Of a stretch of DNA of 64,000 nt, positions 10,237 to 21,476 are shown in pieces. Origin of the DNA: Rebecca billardiae RCC1528 (lineage: Eukaryota; Protista; Haptophyta). The notes under the pieces are model-generated. The model did not search any database and was not told the origin of the DNA. It saw only the letters and a list, made by a program, of their open reading frames with translations. Every line of letters starts with the position of its first letter. The first letter of the stretch is position 1. The translations under genes and the position numbers were made by a program. Location of the stretch: NCBI GenBank assembly GCA_965240325.2, contig OZ251230.1, positions 1,116,001-1,180,000 of the forward strand, read 5' to 3'.

Positions 10237-12200
10237 TCATCGGCCTGCAGCGTCGCGGGCCGGGACCCTCCTGGCCATCACCACAGGTATGGCCTGTGGT
10301 TGCTGCCGTCGTGCTGCCCCCGCCGCCATCGATGGTCGTCCTGGCACAGCGGTAGTGTTGATGCTTGCCGGTACTCCATGGTCGTAGTTGCCAGGGGCAG
10401 CCCGGATTGCATCACCTGCATTGCCACGCTGATGCCGCTCGTCCAGGGCAAGCGCACCATCCTCGACCACCCCGTCATCGACCGAGTAGATCGTGCCATC
10501 TGGCAAGCGCCAGCGGACGATGGTGACTGCGACGAGCGGCGGCGGTGCGGGCAGCTGCGGAGCGGCGTCCGAGACAGCCGCAATGCGGCCGGTGTGTTTG
10601 TGCCGTCGCTTTGCGGCGCGTGTGCTCTGGTCGCCGGTGCCATGCTCCAGCCTGCGCTTGGGGACAGCGAGCCGACTGAACACCATGCCAGCCAGCTTGT
10701 GCTCAGCGCACCGGCTGGCGCGCGCGTCGCCAGGCATGCCAAAGCAAGGCCGCGTGGTGCAGCCCGCGTGACCACACTTGGGGCTGCTCACGTCGACCAT
10801 GCCGGCCAGCTTGTGCGTAGCGCACCGGCTGGGGCGCGCGTCGCCAGGCATGCCAAAGCAAGGCCGCGTGGTGCAGCCCGCGTGACCACACTTGGGGCTC
10901 CTCACGTCGACCATGCCGGCCAGCTTGTGCGTAGCGCACCGGCTGGGGCGCGCGTCGCCAGGCATGCCAAAGCAAGGCCGCGTGGTGCAGCCCGCGTGAC
11001 CACACTTGAGGCTCCTCACGTCGACCATGCCGGCCAGCTTGTGCGTAGCGCACCGGCTGGCGCGCGCGTCGCCAGGCATGCCGAACGAAGGCTGACTGGT
11101 GCAGCCCGCGTGACCACACTTGGGGTTTCTCACGTCGACCATGCCGGCCAGCTTGTGCGTAGCGCACCGGCTGGCGCGCGCGTCGCCCGGGATGCCGAAT
11201 GAAGGCCCCTTGGTGCAGCCTGCGTGACCACAGTTGGGGCTCCTCACGCCGACCATGCCGGCCAGCTTGTGCGTAGCGCACCGGCTGGCGCGCGCGTCGC
11301 CAGGCATGCCAAAGCAAGGCCGCGTGGTGCAGCCCGCGTGACCACACTTGAGGCTCCTCACGTCGACCATGCCGGCCAGCTTGTGCGTAGCGCACCGGCT
11401 GGCGCGCGCGTCGCCAGGCATGCCGAACGAAGGCTGACTGGTGCAGCCCGCGTGACCACACTTGGGGTTTCTCACGTCGACCATGCCGGCCAGCTTGTGC
11501 ACAGCGCACCGGCTGGCGCGTGTGTTGCCCGGCATGCCGAACGAAGGCACCTTGTTGCAGCCCGCGTGATCACACTTGGGGCTCCTCACGCCGACCATGC
11601 CGGCCAGCTTGTGCGTAGCGCACCGGCTGGCGCGCGCGTCGCCAGGCATGCCGAACGAAGGCTGACTGGTGCAGCCCGCGTGATCACACGTGGGGTGCTT
11701 CACGTCGACCATGCCGGCCAGCTTGTGCGTAGCGCACCGGCTGGCGCGCGCGTCGCCCGGCATGCCGAAGTGAGGCCGCGTGGTGCAGCCCGCGTGACCA
11801 CACTTGCGGCTGCTCACGTCGACCATGCCGGCCAGCTTGTGCTCAGCGCACCGACTGGCGCGCGCGTCGCCCGGCATGCCGAATGAAGGCCCCTTGGTGC
11901 AGCCTGCGTGACCACACTTGGGCCTCCTCACGCCGACCATGCCGGCCAGCTTGTGCGTAGCGCACCGGCTGGCGCGCGCGTCGCCAGGCATGCCGAACGA
12001 AGGCTGACTGGTGCAGCCCGCGTGACCACACTTGGGGTTTCTCACGTCGACCATGCCGGCCAGGTTGTGTGCAGCGCACCGGCTGGCGCGCGCGTCGCCC
12101 GGTATGCCGAACGAAGGCTGCTTGGTGCAGCCCGCGTGATCACATGTGGGGTGCTTCACGTCGACCATGCCGGCCAGCTTGTGCGTAGCGCACCGGCTGG
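10237..12200 (-). CDS. EsV-1-7-type cysteine-rich repeat protein (13 x 38-aa CCCH repeats, C-terminal basic NLS-like segment); true start uncertain
   Basis: Repeat V-x4-C-x-HAGC-x3-P-x-FGMPGDARASRC-x2-HKLAGMVD; frame is open through all repeats; KRR...KRRHK follows the array. Confidence 0.8.
10678..12159 (-). repeat. Coding tandem repeat, 13 x 114 bp
   Basis: 1482 bp = 13 exact-length units, plus a partial unit extending to ~12200. Confidence 0.95.
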
Positions 12201-12294
12201 CGTTGTGCGTCGCCGAGCCAAGGGTGTCCAGACCTAGGGTCCCCAACTCGCACTGCGCAGCGCGGCAAGCTCGGCAGCTTGCCAGCTTCGCCGG

Positions 12295-13969
12295 CGGCTT
12301 GGGGAGCAAACCCTCAGGATCGGGCGAGCGAGGTGCGCCGCGACCCCCCCCCCCCGGCCCCGGCCGTCGCGGCGCACCCCTGCCTGCCTCGGCGAGTCCG
12401 TTGGACTTCGGCCCTCGCGTGGTTGTGGCCGCCGCTGCCCTGCGGCGCTGACGGCGGGAGGTACGCTGCTCGAAGCTGCCGCGCGGATGAGCGCGCAGCC
12501 TGACGAGGGCCAGGCGAGCGCCGCGCTGCCATCTCTGCCCCAGATCGACCTCCTCCTCGAAGACGGCGACCCTGGACAGTGGGACGCTGCGCTCGTCGTC
12601 ATCGGCTCGGCCGGCGGCCTCGACGTGTACGCGCTCGCGCTCACGGCGGACAACGAGGCCACACTGCCGAGCGCGTGGCATGCGCAGGCGCCTGACCGCC
12701 TACTCTTTGCCATCTTCGCGCCGCAGTGGCTCCCGCACAACTTCACCAGCCGCGTGTGCTTTGTGGACGGCCGGTTCCTGCAAGGCGTGCGCCTCGGCGC
12801 TGCTGAACTGACGGCGCCGACTCACTACCTGCTGCTCAAAACCCAGACGCACCGCAGGCAGCTGGCCGAGGCTCAGCGTGCGGCCAGGCATATGTCCGGT
12901 CGCCAGCATCTGTCGCAGGTGCCATGGATGACCGCCGACGCCGTGCTCACCGTCGTGCAGCACCTGCTCGCGCACGGCAAGATGGTCGGCCAAGCTGCGC
13001 CTGCGCTGCGCGCCGAGCGCGCCCGGAGCTCGCCGCGATCGCCGCAGCCTTGTAAGGCATGGGCGCGAGCTTCCCGGCCAAGGCGCATGAGCTCGAGCAG
13101 CGCGCGCAGGCGCGCGCAGCCGCCGCCTCGCTTTGGCCGGCGGCGGCGGCGCGTCGGTTGGGCACGCATGTCGCCCGAACCTGTAGCAAGGCTTGCAGCC
13201 AGTCGATCCTCACGCACGTCGGCACGAAGTGCACGCTCGCCGAAGCTGCAGGCCACGACGAGCCTCGCGCACAAGCGCCCGCCCCGTCGCCGTCGACGAC
13301 TGCCATCAGCTCCTGAGCGAACGCACGACCACGCTCGCCCGGTCGGCGGCCGCCTCTAACTCCGGTTGTCGTGCCCGGCGCCGCCCGGGCGGCCGCGGCG
13401 CACCGACCGGCGCCTCAGCTCAGGCTACCGCACGCACGCTCGCGATCGACGCCGCCTACTATATGATCGTAGCAGCATCTATAGGCTGTAATCTGCCCAC
13501 CTCGACGCGCCGACGTGACCGTAAGTGGGCGCGCACGCAACCCTACACGTGGCAGCTGTCGACGGCTGAGTTGCGACACTGCACGACCCTCAGTAGATCG
13601 CCCAGCGCCGGCGACTCGCCGCGCGCACAGGCGAGCGCGCTTGCAGCAGTTGCCCATGTATATGCCCCGACGTGCCAAGCTCGAGAGCGCCTCGAAACTC
13701 GCCCTGGATGGGCCACGCGCGCAGCCTCAAGGGCGCGCGGCCGCAGCCCGGGCTGGGCCCGGCGGAATGCAACAGGTCCTGCGCGGCGGAGAGAGGCGAG
13801 AGTGCGGGGCGAGAAGGGACGGGGATGATCCTCCATGTCTCCCGGTGCCATCCGCCCAGCGCGCGCGAGCGTGCGCGCCGCGAGGGCCGCGCATCAGCCT
13901 GCGCAGCGCGCGTGGTGCGTGCCAGATTGGTCGCCATCGCCCGATCCCGAGGGTTTGCTCCCCAAGCCG
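12295..13969. repeat. 33-bp inverted repeat pair (12295-12327 and 13937-13969)
   Basis: CGGCTTGGGGAGCAAACCCTC(A/G)GGATCGGGCGA, one mismatch between the arms. Confidence 0.85.
12487..13359 (+). pseudogene. Coding-like fragment of unknown family
   Basis: First ~170 codons have protein-like composition and GC3 bias, then degrade to shadow-like sequence (probable frameshift). Confidence 0.3.
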
Positions 13970-14020
13970 GCCCGCCAGCAAGGATGGCTGCCGTCCCGCA
14001 ACAAAGACGGTGATGGAGCG

Positions 14021-14953
14021 ATGATGGGGCGCGACGACGAGGCCGCAGCCGTGGAGTACGTGTGCGGCGACGGCGGGCTCTTTCCGCGCGAGTGTGCGGA
14101 GGACTTTGCCGACTTTGCGCGCAAGCTCGAGGGCGTGCGCGCCGCTCGTGAGCGTGCCAGCGCAGCCGCAGCGACGGCCGCGCCGGGGCCGGGGCCGGCG
14201 GCGCGTCCGGCGGCGCCGGCGCCGGCCGCGCCGGCGCGCGCGGGCACCGGCCCCGCGCCCGCCAGCGCGAGCATCGCCGAACGAGTCGCCGCACTCGGCC
14301 TTCGCGCGACGTACGCGCCGCGCTACCGCGTCAACTTTGCGCTCGCGCCCGAGCCGAGTGGCCGGCGGCCGCGCAGTCTGAGCGAGGCGGCGGCCGCGGC
14401 CGCGGCCGCGCGCGAGACGGCGCTGTTGTACGAGGCCTTTGCGCGGCGCGCGGGCCTTGAGTCGCTGCGCGCGCTGCGCGCCTCGCGCCTCGCCCTGGCC
14501 GTCTCCGCCGCCGAGCCCGCCATCCTCTCCGCGGTGCGCGACCACCAAATGGTTATCGTGCAGGCGGAGACGGGCTCTGGAAAATCGACGCAGGTGCCGT
14601 AGATGCTGCTGCGGGCGGGGTACCGCCACGTGGTGGTGACGCAGCTGCGCCGGCTCGCGGCGATCTCGCTCGCGCGGCGCGTCGGCGCCGAGGCGCTCCG
14701 CGAGCCGCGCAGCTCCGTCGGCCACGTCGTCCGCTTCGACTCGACCGCCGGGCCGCGCGCCGCCCTGTGCTTCGTCACTGAGGGGATCCTCCTGCGCGAG
14801 GCGGTGGCGGACCCGGCGCTGCGGCGGCCCGAGGTGTTGGTGCTCGACGAGGTGCGCGAGCGGCACGTCGCGACCGACCTGCTCCTCGCGGTCTGCCGCC
14901 AGATGCTCGCCCACGCCGTCGGGTGGAGCCGTGCTGCGACTGAACTAAAGTAG
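14021..14953 (+). pseudogene. DHX34: Truncated DEAH-box RNA helicase pseudogene, DHX34-like 5' fragment
   Basis: TYAPRYRVNF, ETGSGKSTQVP then in-frame TAG (14600-14602), TQLRR (for TQPRR), TEGILLR, VLDEVRER (for DEVH); homology ends just after motif II. Confidence 0.8.
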
Positions 14954-16285
14954 CTTACCACAGCACGATGCGGGTGGCCCCTGACCGACGATCGTCAACA
15001 CGACGTTAAGCTAGAACAAATCAATAACGCGTCCGACGGCGTGATGAACCGCCGTGAACGCGTCGTCACTGCCTCGGGTTGCAGTCTGCAGAGGTGCCCA
15101 CTGTCAGAGCGCGCCGCCGACCGGCGAGTCGCCGTCGGTACTCGGTCCGCGTCACTGGCCACCGGGCCGCCGCCGGCTGCCCGGCCGCGGCCCGTACGGG
15201 CGTACGGCCGGCCAGGCAGACCGTTAGGCGTTACTGATCATCAGAATATCAGACCACGCGTATACTTCATCATCACGGGACTTCAATGCCATCATCACGG
15301 AGTTGGAGCGGGCGGCGACGACGACTCCGCGGTCCGTCGCCGTCGCGGTCCGACTCCGGAGTCGGCCAGTTGCGGATGAGAGCACTGACGACCATATCTA
15401 CGTACCGGAAACGGTAGTAGACTCTAGTCACAGTAGAGTTCGTCACTCTGAGAGTCTAGAGCCTGGCCAGACCGGCAGACGGTCCGGATACGGACGCCCA
15501 CACGGTGGACTGTCTCAGTGCGAGACCGAGCCACTTCGGAGTCAATATCGTCAGTGAGTGACAGTGTCAGTGACACTCACTACTAATGTCAGACGAATTG
15601 TTAGACAGTCAGTCCGCCGGTCTCATTGACTCATACTCGTCAGTCGTCAGTCGTCAGTCTGGTCACCCTCATGTAACCCGTCCCGATCCGCGGGCTCGGC
15701 TCGCGGCTGTCCGGGTCGCCGGTCTCGCCGGCCGGCGGCCGCGCCCGATCGCATTCACTTCGATTTCGGCCCCGATGGCGATGACGGTCGACGACCGATC
15801 GGCGTAAATTGGGCGCGCCATTATTGATGGCGGCGCATGCCGCCCGCGGCCGCAGCACGCGCGCGCGCAAGTGGCCGATGCATTCAATGGCATCAATATA
15901 TTGGATCAGCCCGTCGTCTGACGACTCTATACGCCTCCTATCTAGATCTGCGCGCTGATCAACACATGTGCGCTGTCCTGACTCATGCCCATCACGGACG
16001 CACGCCGCCTCGTGGCTCGTCGTCGTCCGTCGACGTCGTCAGAGTCTGACGTCGTCAGCGCATGTCTTTCTTTCTCAGCGCGCCGCGTCGTGACACTGAC
16101 AGCGCACGCACAGCTCGCAGATTCTGATTCTGCGAGTGGCAGCCGCCATCCCCTGATCCGCCGCCGAGCCTGGGCGCCAAGCTTCGTAACATGCAGTCGC
16201 CGCTGCCAGCAGCTCGTCGATCGCGTGTAACCCCCGCGTGGGGTGTGTGCGCGCGCCTCATGGCGCGCGCGCCGCCGCCGCGCGC

Positions 16286-18518
16286 TCACTGCTGCGCGCA
16301 CTGCACGCCTCCGCCGCCCGCCTCGCGCTCCTCCTCCTGCGTCGCGTCGCCCGACATGTCGTACACGTTGGTCTTGTACGAATGCACCGGGTCGATGGGC
16401 TCGAGCGTGACGACGTCGTACTCGGCGTCGTCGTCCTTGACGGAGCTCTGCATCAGCGCCGGCGGCAGCGCGGTCTTGAGGATTGCGGCCGCCTTCTCGT
16501 CGATCGTGGCAGGGAACTCGATGTCGAGCATCACAAAGAGATTCCCCGCCTCCATCGGGCTCTTGAAGACGGGCATGCCCTCGCCCTTGACCGCGAACAT
16601 CATTCGCTTGCCCTGAGGGGTGTCCGCGCGCGCGCGCGCGCGCACGGCCACGGCGCGGCGAGCCGCGTCAGCCCGTGCCCGCGTCCACGCGCGCGCGCGC
16701 GGCCGGCGCGCAGTGCGTGCGCGCTGGGCGCATGGCGCGCGCGGCGCGGTCGCTGCGCGCACCGCAGCCTTCGCCGGGTCCGCGAGCGTGTACAGCACCG
16801 AGCCTTTCGACGGCTTGAGCGACTTGTGCACCTCCTCGGCCGACGCGCGGTAGAACTGCGACTTGCCGTCCATCACGCGGAACGCGCCGACGCCCTTGCC
16901 GCGCAGCTGCCCCTTGGCGATCACGTGCTTGAGCTTCTCGACGTCGTCCGTGTCCGCCTTGGCAATCGTCTCGAGCTCGGGGCAGTCCATGTTGAGGTGC
17001 GACTCCCACTCCACCTCCTCGTCGTCCTTGAACGGATCGAACGCGACGGGCGAGACCACCTGCCCGGGCGCCGTCTTAATCAGCAGCTTGCGCCCGTCCA
17101 GGTGCGTGAGCTCCATCCGGAATCCGCACAGCGCCTCCACCAGCGAGATCTTTCGCTTCACGTACAAGTCGGCGCCCTGCGCCCGCACGCGCACGCGCAC
17201 GCGCACGGAGGAGCGGGGTGGGCGTGCACGCGTGAGCACGCGCGTGCGCGCCGCACGCGCGTGCGACACCGGGCCGAGCCGCGTGCGCGCAGCAGAGGTG
17301 GAGCCCGGCAGCCCGGCACAGCGGCAGGGCCGCACCGGCACAGACGGCGGGCGGCAGGCGGGCGGCAGGCGGGCGGCACACGAGCCGCCACGGCCGAGGC
17401 CGCCGCTGCCGCGCGCTGCTGCTCCCACGCGCACGCGCACGCGCACGCGCACGCGCCCGCCTCGATCGCTCACCGCCCGCCTCGCCCGTCCCCCGTCCTC
17501 CCGCCCGCCCCGCCCCCGCCCGCCCCGCGCGCCCCCGCCTCCGCACCTTGCGCCTGAAGTCGGTGTGCGGCTGCTCCTGCAACACAAAGATCACATCGCC
17601 CGGGATCCCGTTCGGGATCTCGTCCGCCTTCTCGTGGAAGGTGAGCTTGTAGCCGTCGGGCGCGCCCTTGGGCACGACGACCTCCATCACCTCCTGAATC
17701 TGCGACGAGCGGTACTGGCTGCCCTGCCCCTCGCACGCGCGGCACCCCTCCTGCACCTGCTGGATCATCGGCCCCATCCTCACGACGCGGATGTTCATGC
17801 CCTTGCCGCCGCACTCGGAGCACGTCTGCATCGAGCCCTGCTCGATGACCTCGCGGCGCATGCGCAGCTTGCGCGTCTTGCCCATGTAGATCTCCTCCAG
17901 CGTCACCGACAGCTGGTGCACCACGTTCTGCCCCTTCTTCATCCCCTGCTGCCGCTGGCGGCCGCCGCGTCCGGCCAGGATGTCAAACAGGTCTGCGCCG
18001 CCGCCACCCATCCCGCCGCCCTGCTCGAGGCCCTCCTCGCCGAAGCGGTCGTACGTCTGGCGCTTCTCGGGGTCGGAGAGCACCTCGTACGCCTTCTGGA
18101 TCTCCTTGAACTTCTCGGGGTCGCCGCCCTTGTCCGGGTGGTGCTTGGCAGCCATCTTGCGGTACGCCTTCTTGATGTCGGCCGCGCCCGCGTTCTTGTC
18201 CACCTCGAGCGCTGCGTAGAACTTGGTTGTGTCCACGTCACCACGCGCGCCGCGCCGGGCGCCGGGCATGTCGTCGTCGAAGCCGGGGAAGCCCCCGCCG
18301 AAGAACCTGCCACGCGCCGCACCACCCGCGCGCGGTGCGCCGGGCGTGTCGGCAACACCGCACATGCGCGCGCGCGCGCGCCGCGCGCGCGCGCGCGTGC
18401 GGCCTCGCTGGCCGGCGGCGCGTGCCGCGCTGCCCAGCGATGAACGGTCCACAGGACGTTCGGACGGGCGCTCCGAGCGCGCCCGCGGCCCACGCGAGCG
18501 CCGACGCCGCGCTCACAT
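16286..18518 (-). CDS. Cytosolic DnaJ/Hsp40 of DNAJA type, 4 exons (18518-18517, 18306-17547, 17176-16763, 16612-16286), ~500 aa
   Basis: J domain with HPD, G/F region, two CxxCxGxG motifs, PGDVIFV, LVEALCGF, GEGMP, C-terminal CAAX (CAQQ); three GT-AG introns give a continuous 1503-nt frame. Confidence 0.93.
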
Positions 18519-18758
18519 TGTGGCGGTTGGAGGGAGATTAGCAGTCAACCTCCACGCTCCCCGAGGCCTTGTGCAAGCGCATCTGGGCTGCGCTGGGCGC
18601 GTCTCGACCGCTGAGCCGGACTTCCGCTCGTCTTGTCCTGGTCCGGTGCAAGCAAGCGAAGCCGGTAAAAGTGTCCACCTTCGACACCGGACCCCCGCCC
18701 CGGATCTACAGATCAGTCTCGCCAGGCGGCCACGCCAGCCGCCGCGGTGCTCCGCGAG

Positions 18759-20591
18759 ATGCTGGAGGCGCCGCTCCTGGAGGCGTCACCGCTGCGCATC
18801 GGCAAGAGGCAGACGAAGGATGCTCCGGCGGCCCTCGCGTACATCGCCTGCTTCACGCTGACCATCGCCCTCGGCTTGCCCGCGTACCTAAATGTCGGTC
18901 GGCTGGGCCCGGCGCCGCAACCCTGCGTTCGGCCGGCGCCTACGGCAGACGACGCGGGCGCATCCACAGACGACGCCTCATCCGTGGCCCCACCGGGCTG
19001 GACCGGAGGGCTCATGCGGCGCCTGCCCCTCTTCGCGTGCGCGTGCGCCGGCATAGCTCTCGCGGCGACCGCCTGGCTGCATGTCCTGCGAGCACACGCA
19101 CGCACCGTCGTACTGGGCACAGCGTCGCTGGTACCCGTCGGTTACATGTGCATGTCCGTCGCGCTCCTCGCCGCCGGCGCCAGCCTCGGCGCGCTCGGTG
19201 CCGTCGCAGCCGCCCTCGCGAGCGCACTTCTCCTGTGGCTGTTCCGCGCGCGGCTGCAGCTGACCGTCGCGCTCATCGAGCGCGCGGCGGCGGCGCTCGC
19301 GGCGAGCCCGGCGCTCATCGGCGCGGCGATCGGCGTGCTGGGCGCGTGGCTCGCGCTCCTCGCCCTGCACGCCACCGCCATCGCGGCGCACGTGATGGGA
19401 GGCGCGTGGGCGGCGGGCGTGGCGGACGGCGCCGACGACGCGCCCGGCGCGTGCGAGTGGCGGCTGGGGCGCGGCGCTCACGCAGCCATCGTGCTCACGG
19501 CCATCTCGGCGGTGTGGACGACGGCCATGGCGCATCAGCTGCGAGCCTTCCTCGCCGCGTTCGTCATGGCGTGCTGGTACTTCACCTCCGCCGACGAGCA
19601 GTCCCTCGAGGCCGCCGTCGCCAGTGCGCTCGCAGACCCTGCCCGCTCGCGCGCGCGCCGCGCACCCGTGCGCACGGCGCTGGCACTTGGCGTCACGACG
19701 TCCTTCGGCTCAGTGTGCGCTGCGGGCGCGGCGGAGGTGGTGGCGGTGGCTCTCCGCGCTCTCGCGCGCGCGCTCCACGCCCGCGCCGTGCGGGGGCGCT
19801 CCGTCGCCGACGCGTGCGTCGCGTGCGCCGCGCAAGCGCTCGGCAGCGCGGCGGCCCTGCTCAATCGCTACTCGATCGCACACGTGGCTGTGGTGGGCGA
19901 GAGCTACTGCGCGAGCTCGCGGCTCGTGAGCGCACTGCTCGCGCGGCGTGCTCTCTCGGCGGTGGTTGTGGACCGGCTGAGTGCCGCTGTGCTGCACGCC
20001 ACCGCGCTCACCGTCGCCGCCGCCGCCGGCACTGTCACCTGGCTCTGCGCGGGCGGCGCACGCGCGAGTGCCGCCGCTGTGCAGCCGCCGCCAGCGCATG
20101 GCGCGTCGGCCGCGCAGCTGGGCTGGGCGGTGTTTGCGCTGTGCGCGCTCACGCTGGGCTTCTGCGTCGCGCTCGTGCTCAACATGATCGACGCGGCCTT
20201 CGTGTGCTACGCGCTCGAGCTCGACACGGGGCTCGACCATCGGCCGGCGCTGCGCAACGCGCTCGTCGCCGTCTGCTCGCCGACGGGCGCACGCGCGCCA
20301 CCGCCTGCGCACGCGGCGGGCAGCCCGTCACCGGCAGCAGCGGCGAGCGCGTCGGCGGTGTGGTGGGACGGAGACGAGCGCGCTGCAGGCAGCCACGCTG
20401 CTCGGGGCGCAGGAGGCGCCAGCCTCGGGTTTCCCGACTTGCCGGGCCACACCAGGGACCCACCCACCACCACCGCTCATTACATCGGAACCTGGGAGCA
20501 GGCTCCGCCGCTGGGACAGTCGCCAGCACCGGCGCCCATCGGAGGCGGGATAGTCAATGTTACGCAGAGCCACGACCAGCCTCGATTGTGA
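18759..20591 (+). CDS. Choline transporter-like (CTL/SLC44/Pns1 family) membrane protein, ~610 aa
   Basis: About 10 hydrophobic segments; TTSFGSVCAAG, LNRYSIAHVAVVGESYCASS, IDAAFVCYALE. Confidence 0.8.
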   Translation: MLEAPLLEASPLRIGKRQTKDAPAALAYIACFTLTIALGLPAYLNVGRLGPAPQPCVRPAPTADDAGASTDDASSVAPPGWTGGLMRRLPLFACACAGIALAATAWLHVLRAHARTVVLGTASLVPVGYMCMSVALLAAGASLGALGAVAAALASALLLWLFRARLQLTVALIERAAAALAASPALIGAAIGVLGAWLALLALHATAIAAHVMGGAWAAGVADGADDAPGACEWRLGRGAHAAIVLTAISAVWTTAMAHQLRAFLAAFVMACWYFTSADEQSLEAAVASALADPARSRARRAPVRTALALGVTTSFGSVCAAGAAEVVAVALRALARALHARAVRGRSVADACVACAAQALGSAAALLNRYSIAHVAVVGESYCASSRLVSALLARRALSAVVVDRLSAAVLHATALTVAAAAGTVTWLCAGGARASAAAVQPPPAHGASAAQLGWAVFALCALTLGFCVALVLNMIDAAFVCYALELDTGLDHRPALRNALVAVCSPTGARAPPPAHAAGSPSPAAAASASAVWWDGDERAAGSHAARGAGGASLGFPDLPGHTRDPPTTTAHYIGTWEQAPPLGQSPAPAPIGGGIVNVTQSHDQPRL

Positions 20592-21476
20592 GACTGCGAG
20601 CTGCGACTGATTAGCGTCGGAGTCCATAGGCATATGGCAGCGGCAGATGCGGGGCCCGGAGCCGCGAGTCGGCGGGCCCCGCCTGCCGCGGCGCCCGCCA
20701 CCGGCGGCCGCAGCCCGCGGAAGCCGGTGGCGGTGAACGTCACGCACACGGGCATGGCCGCCAGCCCGTCGTCGGCAGCCATCGGGCGGCACAATGGCTT
20801 CAGGAGCGTCGACCTGAGCGCATGCCGTCCAAGCTGCGCGCAAAGCACGTAGACTTCTCACTCGCCCAGCCACCTGATGCGGCCTCGGGCGACGCATCAC
20901 GGCAGCACGGTGCCGCCGTAGAAGCCACAGGAGCGCCACAAATCCGGCTTCACGGCGCTCGCGATCCAATCTCGAAGCACGTGCTCTGCTGCGTGTTGCG
21001 CAGCCATCAGCCGCGGCCACACTACCAGGGGTACTTGCTGCTGCAATCGGAACTAGCCGTCATTTTGGCACAACGAATGCCATGGCGACGAGACCAGGCG
21101 GTTGCCTCATTGGCCGACAAATGGAGCGTTTGATTGTATTGAATACTCATTCAATAGCATTCATTGACTAAATGGGGAATTTGTCACTCTGAATCTCTGA
21201 TCACCCTGAGCCCATTATTATGAAGGGCGGGAATTTACACTATCTGATCTATAGTCATCACCCGGCCCCTCGAATAGAGCATTTCGAATCACGTCAGCTT
21301 AATTAGCCGCGGAAGCCGCCAATCGTAATTGAGACAGCCTACTGAACGCCGAAGCGACAGACCGCAGATGATGCAATCCATATTCATGGATTCACGCGAT
21401 CAGCTGTGCGCGCCATCAAGATTCTGTCATCATCAGGGGCACGGGGGCGCCACGGCCGCCACGCCGCTTCCCCGCC

